9,995 nt of DNA from assembly GCA_030141605.1 (NCBI GenBank), contig JAQGDQ010002191.1, forward strand, positions 1 through 9,995. Direction: 5' to 3'. Made by a program: the position numbers and the translations under genes. This DNA is from Tubiluchus corallicola. Lineage: Eukaryota; Animalia; Priapulida. The notes under the pieces are model-generated. The model did not search any database, was not told the origin of the DNA, and saw nothing but the letters and a program-made list of their open reading frames with translations. Shown piece after piece: positions 1-9,048 of the stretch (position 1 is the stretch's first letter; the number at the start of each line of letters is the position of its first letter).

Positions 1-30
1 GGACGCACGGCTAAATGCAAGCACGTGGCA

Positions 31-464
31 GGAAAAGTTCAATTCCCAATCTCATGTACTTCTGGTCAGAAAGAATCTACAACCATCTTCACCGCCTGAT
101 GAGAAGACATCTACTGATTCATCTACAACCATCTAGCAAGAGAACGCCTACGGACAATGTCAGCCATCTACAGAAGACGCCTACAAGCAATCTGAAACAC
201 TCTGCTTAACAATCTAGTCAGAGGGCATCCAGATCCCATCACATTCAACTCTTAGGATCTAAAGACAACCTAAGACGTCTAATCAGAGCTCGCCCAGAAC
301 AATCTCAAACATCTGCACAGGTAAAGTCGACAGAGAAATCTCAAATATCTAATCACAAGACTTGCGCAAGCAGGGCAATGTTAAGCACCCTGAATAGAGG
401 CATACACAGTCAGCCTCAATTAGCTTGTCAGAACGCACGCACGGCCAAACGCAAGCACCTTGTA
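31..464 (+). repeat. Monomer type A, subtype A1 (434 bp); other A1 copies start at 2038 (432 bp, divergent tail), 2843 and 9049
   Basis: Diagnostic strings: upstream AAATGCAAGCACGTGGC, then GAATCTACAACCATCTTCACCGCC, CTGATTCATCTACAACC and CCTACGGACAATGTC. Anchor spacing is 465-31=434. Confidence 0.93.
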
Positions 465-847
465 GGAAAAGTGCTATTGTCAATCTCAGGTACCTGATCA
501 AAAGAAATCTGCAGGGAACTAATTATATAGTAAGGTGACATTGATTCACCCAAGCTTGGTAAAACGGCACCTACACGTAATCTAAAACATTCACTGATAC
601 CACAGGTCTGAAGACACCTTCATCCATTCCAAAACATCTAGTTAAAACGTAAAGACAAACTTAAACGTCTCATCTGAACTCAACTAGTCAAACTGAAAAA
701 TCTGGACAGATGCAGTCTACTGTTAGGTTCAGGCATCTGGTCAAAAGACTTCTACCGGCAATTTTAAGCATCTCAATAGAGACATTGCGCAGATAACCTA
801 ATTTAGCTTATCAGAAGGCACGCACGGCTAAACGCAAACACCTGGCA
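465..847 (+). repeat. Monomer type B, full length (383 bp); other copies start at 848, 3277, 3999, 4816, 5199, 6728 and 9483
   Basis: Contains ATTATATAGTAAGG, CCAAGCTTGG, GAAGACACCTTCATCCATTCC and CAACTAGTCAAACTG. Anchor spacing is 383 in every listed copy. Confidence 0.93.
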
Positions 848-1230
848 GGAAAAGTTCAATTTTCAATTTCATATGCCTGATCAAAAGAAATCTGCGGGGA
901 AGCAATTATATAGTAAGGTGACATTGATTCACCCAAGCTTGGTAAAACGGCACCTACACGTAATCTAAAACATTCACTGATACCACAGGTCTGAAGACAC
1001 CTTCATCCATTCCAAAACATCTAGTTAAAACGTAAAGACAAACTTAAACGTCTCATCTGAACTCAACTAGTCAAACTGAAAAATCTGGACAGATGCAGTC
1101 TACTGCTAGGTTCAGGCATCTGGTCAAAAGACTTCTACCGGCAATTTTAATCATCTCAATAGAGACATTGCGCAGATAACCTAAATTAGCTAATCAGTAG
1201 GCACGCACGGCTAAACGCAAGCACCTGACA

Positions 1231-1664
1231 GGAAAAGTTCAATTCCCAATCTCATGTACTTCTGGTCAGAAAGAAACTACAACCGTTTTCACCACCTGAT
1301 GAGAAGACATCTACTGGCAAATCTACAAGCATCTAGCAAGAGAACGCCTTCGGACTATCTCAGCCATCTACAGAAGACGCCTACAAGCAATCTGAAACAC
1401 TCTGCTTAACAATCTAGTCAGAGGGCATCCAGATCCAATCACATTCAACTCTTAGGATCTACAGACAACCTAAGACGTCTAATCAGAGCTCGCCCAGAAC
1501 AATCACAAACATCTGCACAGGTAAAGTCGACAGAGAAATCTCAAATATCTAATCACAAGACTTGCGCAAGCAGGGCAATGTTAAGCACCCTGAATAGAGG
1601 CATACACAGTCAGCCTCAATTAGCTTGTCAGCACGCACGCACAGCCAAACGCAAGCGCCTTGTA
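1231..1664 (+). repeat. Monomer type A, subtype A2 (434 bp); other A2 copies start at 4382, 5582, 7111, 8242 and 9866 (partial)
   Basis: Diagnostic strings: upstream AAACGCAAGCACCTGAC, then GAAACTACAACCGTTTTCACC, CTGGCAAATCTACAAGC and CCTTCGGACTATCTC. Confidence 0.93.
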
Positions 1665-2037
1665 GGAAAAGTGCTATTGTCAATCTCAGGTATTTGATCA
1701 AAGAAAATCTGCAGGGAAGCAATTATATAGTAAGGTTACATGGATTCAGGCAAGTTTGGTAAAAGACACCTACAAGCAATCTACTAATACCTCAGGTCTG
1801 AAGACACCTTCATCCATTCCAAAACATCTAGTTAAAACGTAAAGACAAACTTAAACGTCTCATCTGATCTCAACTAGTCAAACTGAAAAATCTGGACAGA
1901 TGCAGTCTACTGCTAGGTTCAGTCATCTGGTCAAAAGACTTCTACCGGCAATTTTAAGCATCTCAATAGAGACATTGCGTAGATAACCTAAATTAGCTTA
2001 TCAGAAGGGACGCACGGCTAAATGCAAGCACGTGGCA
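1665..2037 (+). repeat. Monomer type B, short variant b (373 bp); also at 2470, 6016 and 8676
   Basis: Reads GGATTCAGGCAAGTTTGGTAAAAGACACCTA(C/T)AAGCAATCTACTAATACCTC. It lacks 9 bp (AAACATTCA) plus 1 bp relative to full-length B. Confidence 0.9.
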
Positions 2038-3659
2038 GGAAAAGTTCAATTCCCAATCTCATGTACTTCTGGTCAGAAAGAATCTACAACCATCTTCACC
2101 GCCTGATGAGAAGACATCTACTGATTCATCTACAACCATCTAGCAAGAGAACGCCTACGGACAATGTCAGCCATCTACAGAAGACGCCTACAAGCAATCT
2201 GAAACACTCTGCTTAACAATCTAGTCAGAGGGCATCCAGATCCCATCACATTCAACTCTTAGGATCTACAGACAACCTAAGACGTCTAATCAAAGCTCGT
2301 CTAGAACAATCTCAAACATCTGCACAGGTGAAGTCGACAGCCAATCTCAAGTATCTAATCAGAAGACTTCCACAAGCAGCACAATGTTAAGCACCTGAAT
2401 ACAGGCATACACAGACAGCCTCAATTAGCTTGTCAGCACGCACGCACGGCCAAACGCAAGCACCTTGTAGGAAAAGTGCTATTGTCAATCTCAGGTATTT
2501 GATCAAAGGAAGTCTGCAGGGAAGCAATTATATAGTAAGGTTACATGGATTCAGGCAAGTTTGGTAAAAGACACCTACAAGCAATCTACTAATACCTCAG
2601 GTCTGAAGACACCTTCATCCATTCCAAAACATCTAGTTAAAACGTAAAGACAAACTTAAACGTCTCATCTGAACTCAACTAGTCAAACTGAAAAATCTGG
2701 ACAGATGCAGTCTACTGCTAGGTTCAGTCATCTGGTCAAAAGACTTCTACCGGCAATTTTAAGCATCTCAATAGAGACATTGCGTAGATAACCTAAATTA
2801 GCTTATCAGAAGGGACGCACGGCTAAATGCAAGCACGTGGCAGGAAAAGTTCAATTCCCAATCTCATGTACTTCTGGTCAGAAAGAATCTACAACCATCT
2901 TCACCGCCTGATGAGAAGACATCTACTGATTCATCTACAACCATCTAGCAAGAGAACGCCTACGGACAATGTCAGCCATCTACAGAAGACGCCTACAAGC
3001 AATCTGAAACACTCTGCTTAACAATCTAGTCAGAGGGCATCCAGATCCCATCACATTCAACTCTTAGGATCTACAGACAACCTAAGACGTCTAATCAGAG
3101 CTCGCCCAGAACAATCTCAAACATCTGCACAGGTAAAGTCGACAGAGAAATCTCAAATATCTAATCACAAGACTTGCGCAAGCAGGGCAATGTTAAGCAC
3201 CCTGAATAGAGGCATACACAGTCAGCCTCAATTAGCTTGTCAGAACGCACGCACGGCCAAACGCAAGCACCTTGTAGGAAAAGTGCTATTGTCAATCTCA
3301 GGTACCTGATCAAAAGAAATCTGCAGGGAACTAATTATATAGTAAGGTTACATGGATTCACCCAAGCTTGGTAAAACGGCACCTACACGTAATCTAAAAC
3401 ATTCACTGATACCACAGGTCTGAAGACACCTTTATCCATTCCAAAACATCTAGTTAAAACGTAAAGACAAACTTAAACGTCTCATCTGAACTCAACTAGT
3501 CAAACTGAAAAATCTGGACAGATGCAGTCTACTGTTAGGTTCAGGCATCTGGTCAAAAGACTTCTACCGGCAATTTTAAGCATCTCAATAGAGACATTGC
3601 GCAGATAACCTAAATTAGCTTATCAGAAGGCACGCACGGCTAAACGCAAACACCTGGCA

Positions 3660-3998
3660 GGAAAAGTTCAATTTTCAATTTCATATGCCTGATCAAAAGA
3701 AATCTGCGGGGAAGCAATTATATAGTAAGGTTACATGGATTCGGGCAAGCTTGGTAAAAAGTCACCTACACGCAATCTAGAACATTTACTGATACTACAG
3801 GTCCGAAGACACCTTCATCCATTCCAAAACATCTAGTTAAAACCTAAAGACAAAATTAAACGTCTCATCTGAACTCAACTAGTCAAACTGAAAAATCTGG
3901 GCAGATGCAGTCTACTGCTAGGTTCACGCATCTAGTCAAAAGACTTCTACCGGCAATTTTAAGCATCTCAATAGAGACATTGCGCAGATAACCTTGTA
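3660..3998 (+). repeat. Diverged B variant with a 44-bp junction deletion (339 bp); second copy at 6389-6727
   Basis: Private substitutions (GGATTCGGGC, AAAAGTCACC, CTAGAACATTTAC, GGTCCGAAG, CAAAATTAAAC, TTCACGCATCTAG) and the junction GATAACCTTGTAGG, which lacks the CGCACGGC motif. Confidence 0.9.
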
Positions 3999-6388
3999 GG
4001 AAAAGTTCTATTGTCAATCTTAGGTACCTACTCAAAAGAAATCTACAGGGAACTCATTATATAGTAAGGTGACATTGATTCACCCAAGCTTGGTAAAACG
4101 GCACCTACACGTAATCTAAAACATTCACTGATACCACAGGTCTGAAGACACCTTCATCCATTCCAAAACATCTAGTTAAAACGTAAAGACAAACTTAAAC
4201 GTCTCATCTGAACTCAACTAGTCAAACTGAAAAATCTGGACAGATGCAGTCTACTGCTAGGTTCAGGCATCTGGTCAAAAGACTTCTACCGGCAATTTTA
4301 AGCATCTCAATAGAGACATTGCGCAGATAACCTAAATTAGCTAATCAGTAGGCACGCACGGCTAAACGCAAGCACCTGACAGGAAAAGTTCAATTCCCAA
4401 TCTCATGTACTTCTGGTCAGAGAGAAACTACAACCGTTTTCACCACCTGATGAGAAGACATCTACTGGCAAATCTACAAGCATCTAGCAAGAGAACGCCT
4501 TCGGACTATCTCAGCCATCTACAGAAGACGCCTACAAGCAATCTGAAACACTCTGCTTAACAATCTAGTCAGAGGGCATCCAGATCCAATCACATTCAAC
4601 TCTTAGGATCTACAGACAACCTAAGACGTCTAATCAGAGCTCGCCCAGAACAATCTCAAACATCTGCACAGGTAAAGTCGACAGAGAAATCTCAAATATC
4701 TAATCACAAGACTTGCGCAAGCAGGGCAATGTTAAGCACCCTGAATAGAGGCATACACAGTCAGCCTCAATTAGCTTGTCAGAACGCACGCACGGCCAAA
4801 CGCAAGCACCTTGTAGGAAAAGTGCTATTGTCAATCTCAGGTACCTGATCAAAAGAAATCTGCAGGGAACTAATTATATAGTAAGGTGACATTGATTCAC
4901 CCAAGCTTGGTAAAACGGCACCTACACGTAATCTAAAACATTCACTGATACCACAGGTCTGAAGACACCTTCATCCATTCCAAAACATCTAGTTAAAACC
5001 TAAAGACAAACTTAAACGTCTCATCTGAACTCAACTAGTCAAACTGAAAAATCTGGACAGATGCAGTCTACTGTTAGGTTCAGGCATCTGGTCAAAAGAC
5101 TTCTACCGGCAATTTTAAGCATCTCAATAGAGACATTGCGCAGATAACCTAAATTAGCTTATCAGAAGGCACGCACGGCTAAACGCAAACACCTGGCAGG
5201 AAAAGTTCAATTTTCAATTTCATATGCCTGATCAAAAGAAATCTGCGGGGAAGCAATTATATAGTAAGGTGACATTGATTCACCCAAGCTTGGTAAAACG
5301 GCACCTACACGTAATCTAAAACATTCACTGATACCACAGGTCTGAAGACACCTTCATCCATTCCAAAACATCTAGTTAAAACGTAAAGACAAACTTAAAC
5401 GTCTCATCTGAACTCAACTAGTCAAACTGAAAAATCTGGACAGATGCAGTCTACTGTTAGGTTCAGGCATCTGGTCAAAAGACTTCTACCGGCAATTTTA
5501 AGCATCTCAATAGAGACATTGCGCAGATAACCTAAATTAGCTTATCAGAAGGCACGCACGGCTAAACGCAAGCACCTGACAGGAAAAGTTCAATTCCCAA
5601 TCCCATGTACTTCTGGTCAGAAAGAAACTACAACCGTTTTCACCACCTGATGAGAAGACATCTACTGGCAAATCTACAAGCATCTAGCAAGAGAACGCCT
5701 TCGGACTATCTCAGCCATCTACAGAAGACGCCTACAAGCAATCTGAAACACTCTGCTTAACAATCTAGTCAGAGGGCATCCAGATCCAATCACATTCAAC
5801 TCTTAGGATCTACAGACAACCTAAGACGTCTAATCAGAGCTCGCCCAGAACAATCACAAACATCTGCACAGGTAAAGTCGACAGAGAAATCTCAAATATC
5901 TAATCACAAGACTTGCGCAAGCAGGGCAATGTTAAGCACCCTGAATAGAGGCATACACAGTCAGCCTCAATTAGCTTGTCAGCACGCACGCACGGCCAAA
6001 CGCAAGCGCCTTGTAGGAAAAGTGCTATTGTCAATCTCAGGTATTTGATCAAAGAAAATCTGCAGGGAAGCAATTATATAGTAAGGTTACATGGATTCAG
6101 GCAAGTTTGGTAAAAGACACCTATAAGCAATCTACTAATACCTCAGGTCTGAAGACACCTTCATCCATTCCAAAACATCTAGTTAAAACGTAAAGACAAA
6201 CTTAAACGTCTCATCTGATCTCAACTAGTCAAACTGAAAAATCTGGACAGATGCAGTCTACTGTTAGGTTCAGGCATCTGGTCAAAAGACTTCTACCGGC
6301 AATTTTAAGCATCTCAATAGAGACATTGCGCAGATAACCTAAATTAGCTTATCAGAAGGCACGCACGGCTAAACGCAAACACCTGGCA
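3660..6388 (+). repeat. Higher-order repeat, 7-mer copy 1: B(d44)-B-A-B-B-A-b, 2729 bp
   Basis: Anchors 3660/3999/4382/4816 recur at 6389/6728/7111/7545, a constant offset of 2729. Private variants are shared, e.g. GGTCAGAGAGAAAC at ~4415 and ~7144. Confidence 0.85.
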
Positions 6389-9048
6389 GGAAAAGTTCAA
6401 TTTTCAATTTCATATGCCTGATCAAAAGAAATCTGCGGGGAAGCAATTATATAGTAAGGTTACATGGATTCGGGCAAGCTTGGTAAAAAGTCACCTACAC
6501 GCAATCTAGAACATTTACTGATACTACAGGTCCGAAGACACCTTCATCCATTCCAAAACATCTAGTTAAAACCTAAAGACAAAATTAAACGTCTCATCTG
6601 AACTCAACTAGTCAAACTGAAAAATCTGGGCAGATGCAGTCTACTGCTAGGTTCACGCATCTAGTCAAAAGACTTCTACCGGCAATTTTAAGCATCTCAA
6701 TAGAGACATTGCGCAGATAACCTTGTAGGAAAAGTTCTATTGTCAATCTTAGGTACCTACTCAAAAGAAATCTACAGGGAACTCATTATATAGTAAGGTG
6801 ACATTGATTCACCCAAGCTTGGTAAAACGGCACCTACACGTAATCTAAAACATTCACTGATACCACAGGTCTGAAGACACCTTCATCCATTCCAAAACAT
6901 CTAGTTAAAACGTAAAGACAAACTTAAACGTCTCATCTGAACTCAACTAGTCAAACTGAAAAATCTGGACAGATGCAGTCTACTGCTAGGTTCAGGCATC
7001 TGGTCAAAAGACTTCTACCGGCAATTTTAAGCATCTCAATAGAGACATTGCGCAGATAACCTAAATTAGCTAATCAGTAGGCACGCACGGCTAAACGCAA
7101 GCACCTGACAGGAAAAGTTCAATTCCCAATCTCATGTACTTCTGGTCAGAGAGAAACTACAACCGTTTTCACCACCTGATGAGAAGACATCTACTGGCAA
7201 ATCTACAAGCATCTAGCAAGAGAACGCCTTCGGACTATCTCAGCCATCTACAGAAGACGCCTACAAGCAATCTGAAACACTCTGCTTAACAATCTAGTCA
7301 GAGGGCATCCAGATCCAATCACATTCAACTCTTAGGATCTACAGACAACCTAAGACGTCTAATCAGAGCTCGCCCAGAACAATCTCAAACATCTGCACAG
7401 GTAAAGTCGACAGAGAAATCTCAAATATCTAATCACAAGACTTGCGCAAGCAGGGCAATGTTAAGCACCCTGAATAGAGGCATACACAGTCAGCCTCAAT
7501 TAGCTTGTCAGAACGCACGCACGGCCAAACGCAAGCACCTTGTAGGAAAAGTGCTATTGTCAATCTCAGGTACCTGATCAAAAGAAATCTACAGGGAACT
7601 AATTATATAGTAAGGTGACATTGATTCACCCAAGCTTGGTAAAACGGCACCTACACGTAATATAAAACATTCACTGATACCACAGGTCTGAAGACACCTT
7701 CATCCATTCCAAAACATCTAGTTAAAACGTAAAGACAAACTTAAACGTCTCATCTGAACTCAACTAGTCAAACTGAAAAATCTGGACAGATGCAGTTCTA
7801 CCGGCAATTTTAATCATCTCAATAGAGACATTGCGCAGATAACCTAAATTAGCTAATCAGTAGGCACGCACGGCTAAACGCAAACACCTGGCAGGAAAAG
7901 TTCAATTTTCAATTTCATATGCCTGATCAAAAGAAATCTGCGGGGAAGCAATTATATAGTAAGGTGACATTGATTCACCCAAGCTTGGTAAAACGGCACC
8001 TACACGTAATCTAAAACATTCACTGATACCACAGGTCTGAAGACACCTTCATCCATTCCAAAACATCTAGTTAAAACGTAAAGACAAACTTAAACGTCTC
8101 ATCTGAACTCAACTAGTCAAACTGAAAAATCTGGACAGATGCAGTCTACCGGCAATTTTAATCATCTCAATAGAGACATTGCGCAGATAACCTAAATTAG
8201 CTAATCAGTAGGCACGCACGGCTAAACGCAAGCACCTGACAGGAAAAGTTCAATTCCCAATCTCATGTACTTCTGGTCAGAAAGAAACTACAATCGTTTT
8301 CACCACCTGATGAGAAGACATCTACTGGCAAATCTACAAGTATCTAGCAAGAGAACGCCTTCGGACTATCTCAGCCATCTACAGAAGACGCCTACAAGCA
8401 ATCTGAAACACTCTGCTTAACAATCTAGTCAGAGGGCATCCAGATCCAATCACATTCAACTCTTAGGATCTACAGACAACCTAAGACGTCTAATCAGAGC
8501 TCGCCCAGAACAATCACAAACATCTGCACAGGTAAAGTCGACAGAGAAATCTCAAATATCTAATCACAAGACTTGCGCAAGCAGGGCAATGTTAAGCACC
8601 CTGAATAGAGGCATACACAGTCAGCCTCAATTAGCTTGTCAGCACGCACGCACAGCCAAACGCAAGCGCCTTGTAGGAAAAGTGCTATTGTCAATCTCAG
8701 GTATTTGATCAAAGAAAATCTGCAGGGAAGCAATTATATAGTAAGGTTACATGGATTCAGGCAAGTTTGGTAAAAGACACCTATAAGCAATCTACTAATA
8801 CCTCAGGTCTGAAGACACCTTCATCCATTCCAAAACATCTAGTTAAAACGTAAAGACAAACTTAAACGTCTCATCTGATCTCAACTAGTTAAACTGAAAA
8901 ATCTGGACAGATGCAGTCTACTGCTAGGTTCAGTCATCTGGTCAAAAGACTTCTACCGGCAATTTTAAGCATCTCAATAGAGACATTGCGTAGATAACCT
9001 AAATTAGCTTATCAGAAGGGACGCACGGCTAAATGCAAGCACGTGGCA
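6389..9048 (+). repeat. Higher-order repeat, 7-mer copy 2: B(d44)-B-A-B(d34)-B(d35)-A-b, 2660 bp
   Basis: Same monomer order as 3660-6388 and 69 bp shorter, which equals the 34-bp plus 35-bp deletions. Confidence 0.85.
7545..8241 (+). repeat. Two adjacent B monomers with 34-bp and 35-bp internal deletions (349 and 348 bp)
   Basis: GCAGTTCTACCGGC (~7792) and GCAGTCTACCGGC (~8141) replace GCAGTCTACTG(T/C)TAGGTTCAGGCATCTGGTCAAAAGACTTCTACCGGC. Confidence 0.92.

Larger units (their letters stand above)
31..2037 (+). repeat. 5-mer block A-B-B-A-b (2007 bp), the same order as the last five monomers of the 7-mer
   Basis: 434+383+383+434+373=2007, the same length and order as 4382-6388, except that the first A is subtype A1 here and A2 there. 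Confidence 0.8.

Noticed and set aside
61-200. CTGATGA (96-102) in every A monomer, the hammerhead ribozyme core known from newt, schistosome and cave-cricket satellites
   Set aside because: No stem II closed by a nearby downstream GAAA; the next GAAA is ~90 nt away. Using the upstream GAAA (~69) leaves no stem I or stem II pairing. An Infernal search with Rfam hammerhead models would settle it.
15-209. 64-aa ORF repeated four times (15, 2022, 2827, 9033)
   Set aside because: It lies wholly within the satellite. The ATG exists only in A1 (ACG in A2, a CpG-type transition). The frame stays open in A2, but the A1/A2 differences change the amino acid at essentially every affected codon (I>N, H>R, L>F, R>H, I>A, H>N, P>A, T>S, N>Y, V>L), which argues against coding selection. 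I recognise no domain.
520-535. TATA-like AATTATATAG in each B
   Set aside because: No downstream gene or other promoter evidence, and such a motif is expected in A/T-rich sequence.
690-899. CRISPR array suggested by the ~35-bp periodicity
   Set aside because: There are no identical repeats alternating with unique spacers and no cas genes. All sequence is repeated at monomer scale.
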